Assembly (NCBI GenBank): GCA_007128425.1
Contig: SKXL01000093.1
Location: forward strand, 32,247 to 96,246
Direction of reading: 5' to 3'
DNA length: 64,000 bases
DNA from: Balneolales bacterium
Lineage (GTDB): Bacteria; Bacteroidota; Rhodothermia; Balneolales; Natronogracilivirgulaceae
Shown here: positions 37,924 to 47,790 of the stretch, in pieces
How the letters are laid out: each line of letters begins with the position of its first letter
Position numbering within the stretch: the first letter of the stretch is position 1
Notes under the pieces: generated by a model
What the model saw: only the letters and a program-made list of their open reading frames with translations
What the model was told of the DNA's origin: nothing
The model's database searches: none
Translations under genes and position numbers: made by a program

Positions 37924-38739
37924 ATGCCAGATTCCATCCTCGAGACCATAGTTAAAAAAAAGCGTGAAGAAGTTGCTGCCAGAAAAAAAGCTGTTGGTGA
38001 ACGCGATTTTCTGTCTTTTGAAGAGTACCAACGTCCGCGAAGTGATTTCGGCGCGGCGCTTATTAAACCTGGCAACGTTTCCGTAATTGCTGAAATTAAA
38101 AAAGCTTCCCCATCAAAAGGGGTGATCCGGGAAAACTTCAATCCTGCGCTCATTGCAAAAAGCTATCAGGATAATGGTGCTTCTGCACTTTCTGTCCTCA
38201 CGGATGAATCCTTTTTTCAGGGTTCGCTCATGTATTTGCAAGAAGTGTCGGCTATGGTCACCCTTCCTCTGCTCAGAAAAGATTTTATTATCGATCCATA
38301 CCAGATTGCCGAAGCCCGTGCATGGGGAGCTGATGCAGTTTTGCTTATTGTAAAATTACTTGACAAAAATCAGCTTTATGACCTGCATGCCGCTGCAAGA
38401 GAAATTGATTTGCAGGTACTCGTAGAGTGCTACGACCATCAGGACTGGGACAAATTGGATTTCGATATCATTTCAATTGTTGGTGTTAATAACAGGAACC
38501 TGGACACCTTTGAGGTCGACTTGCACCGTGGATTATCTATCCTTGAAAAAGCTCCTGCAGGAACCACAAGAGTCTCCGAAAGTGGACTCGGAAAACCCGA
38601 TGACCTTCATTTTCTTAAAGAAAGTGGCATTCACAGTGCACTTATTGGAGAACACTTCATGCGTGCTGAAGATCCGGGCAATGAACTCGCCCGTTTTACA
38701 ACCTTTTTTCCCGAATCACCAGATCCAAATGTTCTGTAA
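37924..38739 (+). CDS. trpC: Indole-3-glycerol phosphate synthase
   Basis: VIAEIKKASPSKG, LSVLTDESFFQGS, LRKDFIIDPYQI, GVNNRNL. Confidence 0.95.
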   Translation: MPDSILETIVKKKREEVAARKKAVGERDFLSFEEYQRPRSDFGAALIKPGNVSVIAEIKKASPSKGVIRENFNPALIAKSYQDNGASALSVLTDESFFQGSLMYLQEVSAMVTLPLLRKDFIIDPYQIAEARAWGADAVLLIVKLLDKNQLYDLHAAAREIDLQVLVECYDHQDWDKLDFDIISIVGVNNRNLDTFEVDLHRGLSILEKAPAGTTRVSESGLGKPDDLHFLKESGIHSALIGEHFMRAEDPGNELARFTTFFPESPDPNVL

Positions 38740-38759
38740 AACAAAAAAAGGCCCAATAA

Positions 38760-39461
38760 GTGAATGCACAGAATATAAAACCAATGCATAATACCATGGA
38801 CAGCGGATCATCGGATTTCCCGAAATTAAAAATATGTGGCATTACTACATTGGAGGATGCCAGGTATGCATCCGGTGCACTAGCCGACTTTATAGGCTTT
38901 ATTTTTTATGAAGAAAGTCCGCGGTATATAACGCCCAGGGACGCCGCTGAAATCATAAGATGGATTGAGGGACCCGGAAAAATCGGGGTTTTTGTCAATC
39001 ATCCTGCCAAAAGGATCAATCAAATTGTCGATCAGACAGGTATTGATATGGTGCAGCTGCATGGGTATGAATCTCCGCATGATGCCGCGAAAATTGAAGT
39101 ACCGGTTGTCAAGGTATTCAGAATTCGTGCACAGAGCGACATTCCAGCAATCCGTAAAGAAATGAAAAACTGGAATGATATTGCCGCGTATTATCTGTTT
39201 GATACAAAAATGGAACAACTGCATGGCGGGACGGGTCGACCCTGGGACTGGAACCTGATTAATCATCTTTTACCTGAGAAACCATTCTTTTTGGCTGGAG
39301 GCATCGATGCTGACAATGTGGCAGAGGCAGTTTTTACAGGCCCTCCTTATGGCGTTGATCTTTCCAGCAGCATTGAAGCAGCTCCGGGTGTCAAGGATTT
39401 TGATAAAATGCAGCTGTTCTTTGACCGGTGGAATGAACTCCGGGATTCATTTGGAAAGTGA
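38760..39461 (+). CDS. trpF: Phosphoribosylanthranilate isomerase
   Basis: KLKICGIT, VQLHG, GGTGRPWDW, FLAGGI. The start is ambiguous (GTG 38760, ATG 38784 or ATG 38796). Confidence 0.85.
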   Translation: MNAQNIKPMHNTMDSGSSDFPKLKICGITTLEDARYASGALADFIGFIFYEESPRYITPRDAAEIIRWIEGPGKIGVFVNHPAKRINQIVDQTGIDMVQLHGYESPHDAAKIEVPVVKVFRIRAQSDIPAIRKEMKNWNDIAAYYLFDTKMEQLHGGTGRPWDWNLINHLLPEKPFFLAGGIDADNVAEAVFTGPPYGVDLSSSIEAAPGVKDFDKMQLFFDRWNELRDSFGK

Positions 39462-39501
39462 ATAGAACCTTAAATGAATATGCTTGTTACAAAATACACG
39501 T

Positions 39502-40716
39502 ATGAAGACAAATAAAAACAGCGTTGAAACAGCATCTGCTGCGATGCCGAACAGTCGTGGTTTTTTCGGCAATTATGGTGGAAGATATGTACCTGAAATA
39601 TTGTTGCCGGCACTTGATGACCTCAACAAGGCTTTTTCGGAGGTTCGAAACGACAAAACCTTTCAGAAAGAATATCACGGATTGCTTCAGGAATATGTGG
39701 GAAGGGAAACACCTCTGACCTATGCCGGGCGGCTTACCGAGCATTTTGGCAAAGCGCGCATTTACCTTAAGAGAGAAGATCTCTGTCATACCGGCGCACA
39801 CAAAATAAATAATGCAATCGGGCAGGTACTTCTGGCAAGAAAAATGGGTAAAACCAGGATCATCGCTGAAACGGGAGCCGGTCAGCACGGGGTAGCTACA
39901 GCCACGGTGTGTGCACATTTCGGGATGTCCTGTATTATTTACATGGGTGCAGAAGACATTTCGCGCCAAAAGCTGAATGTGGACCGCATGCATTTGCTTG
40001 GCGCTGAAGTCAGACCGGTAAAATCGGGTGCACAAACATTGAGTAATGCGATCAATGAAGCGATACGAGACTGGGTCAGCAACGTCGATAATACGTTTTA
40101 CATCATCGGTTCGGCAGTAGGACCACATCCATACCCATATATGGTTCGTGAATTTCAATCTGTCATCGGCAGGGAGACTATGGATCAATCCTTGAGACAG
40201 GAGGGACGTCTGCCCGATCATGTTTTGGCATGCGTAGGCGGAGGTTCCAACGCCATAGGCATATTTTATCCAATGCTTGACCATCAGAATGTCATGCTTT
40301 ACGGCATTGAAGCTGCCGGTGAAGGGGTGAAGACCCCACGTCACGCAGCTACACTTACAGGTGGACTTCCTGGTATATTGCATGGCTCTTTAAGCTATCT
40401 TTTACAGACACAACAGGGCCAAATTGCCGAGGCCCACTCCGTGAGTGCCGGACTTGACTATCCGGGCGTTGGTCCGGAGCACTCTTTTTTGTGCGACAGT
40501 GGCCGTGTTACGTATGCATCAGTTACGGATGAGGAAGCAATTGAAGGAGTCCGGCTTCTATCATCCAAAGAAGGGATCATTCCCGCGCTTGAAACAGCAC
40601 ATGCTATCGCCTACCTGAAAGTACTTATGCCAACGACCGAAACCAGTGAGTTTGTCGTAATCAACTGTTCGGGACGTGGTGACAAGGATATGGAAACCAT
40701 ATCAAAATTTATTTAA
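39502..40716 (+). CDS. trpB: Tryptophan synthase beta chain
   Basis: PLP-lysine block [27 protein letters not shown]. Confidence 0.95.
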   Translation: MKTNKNSVETASAAMPNSRGFFGNYGGRYVPEILLPALDDLNKAFSEVRNDKTFQKEYHGLLQEYVGRETPLTYAGRLTEHFGKARIYLKREDLCHTGAHKINNAIGQVLLARKMGKTRIIAETGAGQHGVATATVCAHFGMSCIIYMGAEDISRQKLNVDRMHLLGAEVRPVKSGAQTLSNAINEAIRDWVSNVDNTFYIIGSAVGPHPYPYMVREFQSVIGRETMDQSLRQEGRLPDHVLACVGGGSNAIGIFYPMLDHQNVMLYGIEAAGEGVKTPRHAATLTGGLPGILHGSLSYLLQTQQGQIAEAHSVSAGLDYPGVGPEHSFLCDSGRVTYASVTDEEAIEGVRLLSSKEGIIPALETAHAIAYLKVLMPTTETSEFVVINCSGRGDKDMETISKFI

Positions 40717-40736
40717 GTCCAAAACAGAATTTGTTA

Positions 40737-41546
40737 ATGAAAAAACTCGGCAGATTAAAAAAGCTCTTTGAAAACAGAGGATCGGAGCAGAAAATCATGA
40801 GCCTTTTTATAACAGCTGGCTATCCGGATCCCGGCTCAACTGTTGAGCTGATCAGAGAGCTCGAATCATCCGGCGCGGACATAATTGAGCTTGGCATGCC
40901 GTTCAGTGACCCGCTTGCCGATGGCCCAACGATCCAGCATGCCAGCAAAATTGCGCTGGAAAAGGGTGTCCACTTGGACATCATTTTTGACATGGTTAGT
41001 GAGATCCGTGATCAGTCAGATATTCCCATTGTCCTCATGGGCTATATAAATCCCGTTTTAAAGTATGGATTAGAAGCTTTTTTTCTCAAAGCTTCGAGAG
41101 CCGGAGTAGATGGTATCATCCTTCCCGATGTTCCACCTGGTGAATTTCCCGAAGTCGAATCACTTTGCATGAAACATGACATCGCACCGATTTTTCTGGT
41201 AGCTCCAAATACACCGGAAGAGCGTATGCGTATGATTGACAAATCCAGTCGTGGGTTCGTGTATTGCGTTTCTGTAACCGGTGTGACCGGTGCCCGTGAC
41301 GGATCCGAAGTGAGCCAGTCGGTCGGTAAATTCATTGATAAGGTTCGAAATAATGTCAAGAATAACCCGATTCTAATCGGATTCGGCATCCGTACACATC
41401 AGGATGCCATGGCCATATCCCGTGGTGTGGATGGATTTATTGTCGGGAGCGCTCTGATTGATTATATCCGCAGCGTTAGCGATCAGGAAGATTGGATTAA
41501 AAAAACCGGGGATTTTGTCAGGAAGCTGAAGTACGGCACATCATAA
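40737..41546 (+). CDS. trpA: Tryptophan synthase alpha chain
   Basis: ELGMPFSDPLADGPTIQ, YCVSVTGVTG, GFGI. Confidence 0.95.
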   Translation: MKKLGRLKKLFENRGSEQKIMSLFITAGYPDPGSTVELIRELESSGADIIELGMPFSDPLADGPTIQHASKIALEKGVHLDIIFDMVSEIRDQSDIPIVLMGYINPVLKYGLEAFFLKASRAGVDGIILPDVPPGEFPEVESLCMKHDIAPIFLVAPNTPEERMRMIDKSSRGFVYCVSVTGVTGARDGSEVSQSVGKFIDKVRNNVKNNPILIGFGIRTHQDAMAISRGVDGFIVGSALIDYIRSVSDQEDWIKKTGDFVRKLKYGTS

Positions 41547-41596
41547 ACGAAGTTAAATGAACGTTACCATCCAAACTGTAAACCAACGCTGCATAC

Positions 41597-42724
41597 ATGA
41601 TGCCTAATATCTTAAACAGAACATGCTTTACGGTTCTGATTCTGTCCGTTTTCGCTATTTTTCTGTTCACTTCATGTGACGGAGATTACCGAAGATCGGC
41701 ACAAGGGGGCTTTTCGGAAGTATTGGTGGTAATGGATTCTACGCAGTGGGAGAGTCCCACAGCCGAGGCAATCAGGGCCACATTCGGCAGGGAGATGATG
41801 ACACTGCCCCGTCCGGAAGTCAAGTACGATTTAAGGTTTATGGATCTTAGAACCAACAGGGATCTGGAATACGCAAAAAATTTTAAAAACACAATTTTTG
41901 CCGCACCCATCAATGAGGACAGCAATGTCGGATCTTTTTTACGCGCAGTTCTCAGCGAAGATATCAAAGAGCGAATCGCAGATGGCCGAAATTTTGCCTT
42001 TCCACTGCGTGACCGTTGGTATCGTGATCAATGGACGCTTTTTCTTTCAGCCCCGGATCATCAGGCTCTTTCAAAAAAAATCATGGATTCGGAGCGATCT
42101 CTGGTAAGAAGCCTGGATCAGGTGGAACGGGGCAGGTGGCAACGGCAAATATACCGCAGGGGAGAACAGGCTCATCTTGCCGATTCACTCATGGAAAATC
42201 ATGGCTTTCAAATCAGAGTGCAGCACGACTATCGGGTCGGTGTCGATACCACTGGATTTGTTTCACTTCGCCGATATCTGCATGATAATGATCGATGGAT
42301 CTGGTTTGCATATATGGATGGTCATGACGGTATCGACGGCATTGATCAGAATTGGATTAATGCGGTTCGCGACAGTTTGAATCGCAAGTTCATCAGGGGG
42401 ACACGTGAGGAGTCCTATGTCACTACAGAATACCGTTCACCGCGTGCCATCGAAACCGTTCAAACACGCATCAATGGACGTCCCGCCCTGGAAACCAGGG
42501 GCACATGGCGCATGACAAATGATATTATGGGTGGTCCTTTTCTGCATTATACCGTCTATGATGAACATCAAAACAGGTTGTATATGATGGAGTTCGCTCA
42601 ATTTGCACCACGCTACAGCAAACGCCGTTTTATGAATCAGTTTGAGGCCATGGCCCATACCTTCGAGACGGATACTACCCGGGTCCCTGATCCTGTGGCT
42701 TACAGATATGCTACTGCAGATTGA
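41597..42724 (+). CDS. Lipoprotein, probably DUF4837 family
   Basis: Lipobox LFTSC, then ...GGFSEVLVVMDSTQWESPTAEAIRATFG..LPRPE..YDL resembling my recollection of DUF4837. The family assignment is tentative. Confidence 0.55.
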   Translation: MMPNILNRTCFTVLILSVFAIFLFTSCDGDYRRSAQGGFSEVLVVMDSTQWESPTAEAIRATFGREMMTLPRPEVKYDLRFMDLRTNRDLEYAKNFKNTIFAAPINEDSNVGSFLRAVLSEDIKERIADGRNFAFPLRDRWYRDQWTLFLSAPDHQALSKKIMDSERSLVRSLDQVERGRWQRQIYRRGEQAHLADSLMENHGFQIRVQHDYRVGVDTTGFVSLRRYLHDNDRWIWFAYMDGHDGIDGIDQNWINAVRDSLNRKFIRGTREESYVTTEYRSPRAIETVQTRINGRPALETRGTWRMTNDIMGGPFLHYTVYDEHQNRLYMMEFAQFAPRYSKRRFMNQFEAMAHTFETDTTRVPDPVAYRYATAD

Positions 42725-42865
42725 TGGCATTACATCTGACGATATACTGTTATTTATGCACTTTATATGCATGAACCAGCATCATAAATCTTCACATAAT
42801 ATTCACGCTTCTATGGTTATTTCAACCAATAACCCTGTTATTAACAAGGATCTTGAATATAATCC

Positions 42866-43060
42866 ATGGAAGCACTCGAATTGGCGCGCTGGCAGTTTGG
42901 AATTACAACTGTCTATCACTTTATTTTCGTACCGCTCACACTCGGTCTGTCCGTACTTGTAGCCATTCTGCAAACTTTTTATTACAAGACGGGTGATCTT
43001 GATTACAAGAGACTGACCAACTGCTGCTTTGTTTTTACCAACCTGATAGCGGATTTGTAA
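42866..43060 (+). pseudogene. cydA: Cytochrome bd oxidase subunit I (CydA) N-terminal fragment
   Basis: The first ~51 codons match the conserved CydA N-terminus (LELARWQFGITTVYHFIFVPLTLGLSVLVAILQTFYYKTGDLDYKRLT). After ~43018 the sequence no longer resembles CydA, where KFWGKLFGINFA would be expected, and it stops after 64 codons. Confidence 0.75.
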
Positions 43061-43617
43061 GCATAGGCGGAAGAAAGCTGAGTGACTGGAATCCCAATGT
43101 TGTGCGACAGATGGTGTCTGTTGTGGACCAGAATACCTATATTTTTAATGATACTTTGCGTAACAATTTGCTGTTGGCAAAGAACAGCAGTGACGAAATG
43201 CTTCTGGAGGCTTTGAAACAGGCAGAGTTGATGCATTGGTACGATGGGCTGCCTGGCGGTCTGAACAGTTTGATTGGCGAGCATGGGAAGCATTTGAGTG
43301 GAGGTGAGCGTCAACGTCTGGCAATAGCCAGGGCCATGCTCAAGAATGCACCAATATGGGTCTTTGATGAGCCCACGGCTCACCTTGATACCATGACAGA
43401 AAAATCAATAGTTAAAACGATACGAAAGGCCGGATCGGGTAAAACCGTCATATGGATTACACATAGACTGGTTCAGATGGACTATTTCGACCGGATTCTC
43501 GTAATGGATGAAGGAAAAATCACTGAGAGGGGACGCCATCATGAACTGATGCGCAAGAAGGGATGGTATACTCAAATAATCCGGTTACAGGCGAACATGC
43601 TGGCAGAATCTGTATGA
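43003..43617 (+). pseudogene. CydC/CydD-type ABC exporter, C-terminal half of the ATPase domain only
   Basis: The frame is open from 43003. It reads ..LLLCFYQPDSGFVSIGGRKLSDWNPNVVRQMVSVVDQNTYIFNDTLRNNL.., with signature LSGGERQRLAIARA, Walker B IWVFDEPTAHLD and H-loop ITHRL. There is no Walker A, no transmembrane domain and no proper start. Confidence 0.75.
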
Positions 43618-43645
43618 ATGCTAATGAGCTGTACAAAATACCGGG

Positions 43646-44614
43646 TCAGTCCATTGACATGGGGTTGCTGTCGGCGATTCTGCGGTACTCAATGTATTCA
43701 TCCGGGGACAAATCGGCGAACATGTAATTCAGTGGATCGACCGATTCGCCGTTTCGTCTGACCTCATAATGCAAATGCGGCCCGCTTGTGACTCCGGAAT
43801 TGCCGCTGTACGCCACGATTTGTCCTCGCTCTACGGCAGTACCAGGTCGGATGTCATCGGCAAGAGAGGAGAGATGCGCATATCGGGTTTCGTATCCATG
43901 ACCATGATCTATTACCAGCATCAGGCCATAGGTTCCACGACGCCTTGCAGATTTTACCACACCGTCACCGGTTGTGTAGACAGGGGTATTGACTCTTGCT
44001 CTAAAATCTACACCTTCATGCAATCTCTTGTACCCCAGTACAGGGTGGCGTCTCATCCCGTGGCCACTCAAGATAATTCCGGAAACAGGTCGAATAGCCG
44101 GAATGTTTTTCATTAGTTCTTTATTCTCGTTGTAATGCGCTTTAATTTCTTCAAAACTGAGCAGTTGAATATTAATGCGGCGTTCTATGCTTTCAAGATT
44201 GCTGGCAGTCCATCTGAGTAAATCCGAGGAAGATTCACTGTATGCATCGAAAGCAGCATGCCGGTCTGCACCACCAATTCCCGCCTGACGCTCACCTTCT
44301 GAAATCGGATCGATTCCTAGCATGGTTCTGTACAGCTCATTGTCCACATGAGCAATAGCTTCAATTTGCTGGTCCAGATACTCAATGCTGCTTTTGGTAT
44401 CATTGAGTTGTTTGTAGAGTGCCTGGTTTTCAGCCTTGAGAGCAATCTCGGCAGGAGATCCCACTGAAAACGAAAGCAAGGACAGAGACAATGTACTCAG
44501 GACCGTACCAATCAGTATCCAGAGACTGATCGTATATACGGTTCGCTCAGCTGATCCATAATAAACGGGAATGAACTGGCATTCCTTTTCGTCGTAGTAG
44601 AAGTAATTTTTCAA
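43646..44614 (-). CDS. M23 family metallopeptidase (peptidoglycan endopeptidase)
   Basis: N-terminal TM segment, coiled-coil region, then the LytM motifs HEGVDF and GPHLHYEV. Confidence 0.9.
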   Translation of the reverse strand: MKNYFYYDEKECQFIPVYYGSAERTVYTISLWILIGTVLSTLSLSLLSFSVGSPAEIALKAENQALYKQLNDTKSSIEYLDQQIEAIAHVDNELYRTMLGIDPISEGERQAGIGGADRHAAFDAYSESSSDLLRWTASNLESIERRINIQLLSFEEIKAHYNENKELMKNIPAIRPVSGIILSGHGMRRHPVLGYKRLHEGVDFRARVNTPVYTTGDGVVKSARRRGTYGLMLVIDHGHGYETRYAHLSSLADDIRPGTAVERGQIVAYSGNSGVTSGPHLHYEVRRNGESVDPLNYMFADLSPDEYIEYRRIADSNPMSMD

Positions 44615-44737
44615 AACCGGTCTAGCCTTGTGAATTGCCGGAACAATTTCATGAAACAGGATAATAATGTCAATACTTTACCTCTCAAAGATATCACAAT
44701 AAGTCAAGAATCCAAAAAAGTGATTTTTTTGTTTTTT

Positions 44738-45766
44738 TTACTCCAAATCTCCTTCAAAATACTCAACTGCTCGCTGGATAATAGCGCTGTCGGATTTTTT
44801 TTCGGCTATGCGATCCTGTATTTTTTTCTGAAAAGCAATAGCCGCATCATACCCGTAATTCAACAGAAGGTGATTCATAGCTATGACTTCAGCGATCACG
44901 GTTATGTTTTTCCCCGGGGTTATGGGGAGGTTTATGATGGGAATATCGACTCCAAGCAGAGATGTGTTATGTCTGTTGAGCCCGGTTCTGTCTACATGCT
45001 GCGACTCATCCCACAAACTAAGTTCAAGGATTACTTCCAGGCGTTTCTGATATCGGATCGATCTGATTCCGAACATGGACATGACATCGACGATTCCAAG
45101 CCCGCGTATCTCCATAAAGTGTTTGTTGATCTCCGTAGGGGATGCAATCAATACATTGCTTTTTTTTGTGAGAATGATGACATCATCCGAGACCACCCGG
45201 TGGCCACGTTCCACCAGATCAAGTGCGACTTCACTTTTTCCGATTCCCGATTTGCCGGATATCATAATGCCAACACCATAGACATCAACCATGGATCCAT
45301 GGACCAAGGTCTGTGTGGCAAATTGATCTTCCAGAAAATCCCGTACGAGAAACATGAACTTCGTTGTCTCCATAGGGGTTTGAAAGACCGGTATTCGAGA
45401 CTCTTCCGCCATTTTTAGAAAGGAATCCGGAAGCGTATTGTTATCGGTCAGAAAAATCACAGGTACTGGAAATCTGGTGATTTCCAGAAACGCTTTGCGG
45501 CTTCTTTCTATACCTGCGAATTCAATGTACTTGCTCTCACTATTTCCTATTACCTGAATCCTGTGATGTGAAAACAGGTCAACATACCCGGCCAGGGCCA
45601 AACCCGGGCGATGCAGATCCGTGTCTGTTACCAGCTTCTCATCGCAGAAAGAATCAGCGGCACAAGGTTTTATGTTCAATTTTAGATGGCTGCGAAGCTT
45701 ATCGACCAGAAAGGAGACGGTTATATGCTCCTTTCTGGGAACAGACTTGATGTTTTTGAATGACAT
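44738..45766 (-). CDS. hprK: HPr kinase/phosphorylase
   Basis: P-loop GKSGIGKSEVALDLVERGHRVVSDD, and IRGLGIVDV. ATG at 45766 is preferred. The longer ORF starts at 45802. Confidence 0.9.
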   Translation of the reverse strand: MSFKNIKSVPRKEHITVSFLVDKLRSHLKLNIKPCAADSFCDEKLVTDTDLHRPGLALAGYVDLFSHHRIQVIGNSESKYIEFAGIERSRKAFLEITRFPVPVIFLTDNNTLPDSFLKMAEESRIPVFQTPMETTKFMFLVRDFLEDQFATQTLVHGSMVDVYGVGIMISGKSGIGKSEVALDLVERGHRVVSDDVIILTKKSNVLIASPTEINKHFMEIRGLGIVDVMSMFGIRSIRYQKRLEVILELSLWDESQHVDRTGLNRHNTSLLGVDIPIINLPITPGKNITVIAEVIAMNHLLLNYGYDAAIAFQKKIQDRIAEKKSDSAIIQRAVEYFEGDLE

Positions 45767-45808
45767 AGCATTGCGATGATGATCCGCCGTAAAATCCGGC
45801 AAGTATTC

Positions 45809-46108
45809 TCAATTGTGAGAGTAACGTTTATCTTTGTATTTAAGGAGTTGGCGCCGCATATTATCCACAGCCGAACGGACTGCCTGTTCGTACGCGGGTC
45901 CCGACTCGGTTGCTTTCAACAAATCCTGTTTAACTTTGACCGTAAGCTCAGCTTTGGCAGGCTGATCGTTGTCGGGCGAGGGTTCCAGGACTACATCACA
46001 TGAGAATATCCCGTCAAAATAACGTTTCAGTTTATTTACTTCACCGGTGGTGAAGTCCTGGAGGTTCTGGCTTGCATCAAATTTTCTGGCTGTGAAGTTG
46101 ATATTCAT
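45809..46108 (-). CDS. hpf: Ribosome hibernation promoting factor (short HPF/RaiA)
   Basis: MNINFTARKFDASQNLQDFTTGEVNKLKRYFD... matches the sigma-54 modulation/S30EA family. Length is ~100 aa. Confidence 0.9.
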   Translation of the reverse strand: MNINFTARKFDASQNLQDFTTGEVNKLKRYFDGIFSCDVVLEPSPDNDQPAKAELTVKVKQDLLKATESGPAYEQAVRSAVDNMRRQLLKYKDKRYSHN

Positions 46109-46180
46109 TGTCTGAAATGGATTAGGGTACATGTTTTATTTAAAGATGTCATTATATCAGTTCAATTAAAACCGGCAAGA

Positions 46181-47137
46181 TTACTCTTCTCCACGAATAT
46201 CAGCCCTGGGATGTGCTGATTTGTAGATATTACGCAAGTGCTCAACACTGGTACCAGTATAGATTTGTGTTGCTGCCAGGTCGGCATGACCCAGCAGCTC
46301 TTTGATCACCCTGATGCCGGCGCCTCGATCCAGAAGATGGGTGGCAAAACTGTGTCGAAGGATATGTGGACTTTTTTGGCTGATCTCGCTCACCCGGGAC
46401 AGGTAATGTGAAACCTTGCGCTGAATAAATCTTGGATACACGCGCTTGCCGGAATCGGTAAGAAAAAGAGCCGAAAGGTCGGCCGGTCCTGTCTTTTTCC
46501 CAATCAGGTTTGTACGATCTTCGAGATAATGTTCAAGTGATTTTTTTGCGAAGTTTCCAAACGGGATGATGCGTTCTTTGGAACCTTTTCCACGAACCTT
46601 AACGCGTTTGTGTCTCATATCGATGTCAGTGACATGCAACTGTACAAGTTCGGATAACCGCATTCCAGTACTATACAGCAGTTCCATAATAGCCAGATCC
46701 CTTTTTCCTGCTGCATCGCCGGCATCGATGGTCTCCATCATAAGATTCAGTTCTTCAGGCCGCACTGTTTTAGGGAGCCGCTGCTCTTTTTTGGGGATCA
46801 TGAGCAGATGTGCCGGGTTGTGATGTATCATGCCCCTTTTAAATGCAAACTTGAAAAAAGAACGTATTGATGCTGTTTTTCTTGATAGTGTGGCTTTAGC
46901 GAGTTTGGATTTCATCAGTGATCCCAGCCATAAACGGATCATTAGCCTGTCAATACGGCCGTAATCTAACCTGGCCGGGTCTGTTTCCCATTCAAGACAG
47001 CAAAACAGCAGGAACTGCCGAATGTCTCTGCGGTACGCATCAACAGTCTTGGGAGAGGCATTACGCTCAATTTCCAAATATCTGATAAAACGGTTAAGCA
47101 GGAGAAAGTCACTCATATTCTGTCGTCCTGTATTCAT
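46181..47137 (-). CDS. xerC: Tyrosine recombinase XerC/XerD-like
   Basis: Catalytic blocks ELLYSTGMRLSEL, HILRHSFATHLL, LLGHADLAATQIYT. It is next to hpf, as in the conserved FCB-group arrangement. Confidence 0.85.
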   Translation of the reverse strand: MNTGRQNMSDFLLLNRFIRYLEIERNASPKTVDAYRRDIRQFLLFCCLEWETDPARLDYGRIDRLMIRLWLGSLMKSKLAKATLSRKTASIRSFFKFAFKRGMIHHNPAHLLMIPKKEQRLPKTVRPEELNLMMETIDAGDAAGKRDLAIMELLYSTGMRLSELVQLHVTDIDMRHKRVKVRGKGSKERIIPFGNFAKKSLEHYLEDRTNLIGKKTGPADLSALFLTDSGKRVYPRFIQRKVSHYLSRVSEISQKSPHILRHSFATHLLDRGAGIRVIKELLGHADLAATQIYTGTSVEHLRNIYKSAHPRADIRGEE

Positions 47138-47298
47138 CTATTGACAAGATAACCAATGCCATTTGATTTAAAAGCAGAATTTGTCAAAAGATGAAAAAAA
47201 ATGTGTAAGGTTTGTTCATCTTCCTGCTCTATATACATACCTGTTTATGAGTATGTTACCTCCAGGTGGTTTTTTTAATGTGAAGATCTAAAAAACAG

Positions 47299-47790
47299 TT
47301 GATTATGAATGATAATGATGCCATGTATAAACAAATAAAGCAGATGAGCTACCGCCAGATGGATATCGCAGTAGGGGTTTTGGTCAAAAATATCCTTGCA
47401 ATAAAAAATGTAAATGACTGGGCAGAATTTATGGGATATTCCCGATCTCACTTTTGTCGCCGTTTCACGAGGAAATTTCAAGAAAATCCAAAAATGGTCC
47501 TCAGGAGAGCACGGATGCGTCAGGTTTGCCGGGTTATCCAGTCGGACTGGTCAGCAACGGCATACAAGGTGGCTCTTGATTCAGGATTTCAGGACGACAA
47601 GGCCCTGCACAAGTTTCTTCAAAGAAACTTTGATAAGGGTTTTATGTCGCTTAAAGATGAACTGAAAAGGAATGCTTTTCGAGCCAGAAAAATCATATCA
47701 CATGCGGCAGATAGCGAATATGACTATATCGTCGGCAAAGGTATAAACGGTTCATACGGGGCGTCCCTTCCAGGTTCCGCCGGTTTTTAA
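47299..47790 (+). CDS. Small stand-alone AraC-type HTH protein
   Basis: WAEFMGYSRSHFCRRFTRKFQENPKMVLRRARMRQVCRVI..SATAYKVALDSGFQDDKALHKFLQRNF resembles the two-HTH AraC DNA-binding module. It has no sensor domain. Its 3' end overlaps the convergent GT2 gene by 39 nt. Confidence 0.6.
   Translation: MIMNDNDAMYKQIKQMSYRQMDIAVGVLVKNILAIKNVNDWAEFMGYSRSHFCRRFTRKFQENPKMVLRRARMRQVCRVIQSDWSATAYKVALDSGFQDDKALHKFLQRNFDKGFMSLKDELKRNAFRARKIISHAADSEYDYIVGKGINGSYGASLPGSAGF

Noticed and set aside
39487-40383. A 298-aa ORF antisense to trpB. Similar long antisense ORFs occur at 44630-45418 (antisense to hprK), 6518-7300 (nuoH), 24831-25520 (dxr), 31515-32219 (BNR protein), 7592-8137 (nuoG) and 1239-1769.
   Set aside because: Each lies wholly inside a gene with unmistakable conserved motifs on the other strand. 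Their translations are low-complexity or Arg/Cys/His-rich with no recognisable motifs. They are best explained as stop-codon-poor antisense frames.
42866-43060. The 64-aa ORF as a genuine small membrane protein (for example a CydX-like accessory subunit).
   Set aside because: Its first ~51 residues are the conserved N-terminus and first TM helix of CydA itself, not a small-subunit family, and the remainder is out-of-family sequence. It is interpreted as a gene fragment.
46181-47137. The tyrosine recombinase as a marker of an integrated mobile element or genomic island.
   Set aside because: The sequence looks like housekeeping XerC/XerD and sits in the xerC-hpf arrangement common in FCB-group genomes. 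There is no adjacent tRNA, no flanking direct repeats that I could find, and no phage, transposon or conjugation genes nearby.
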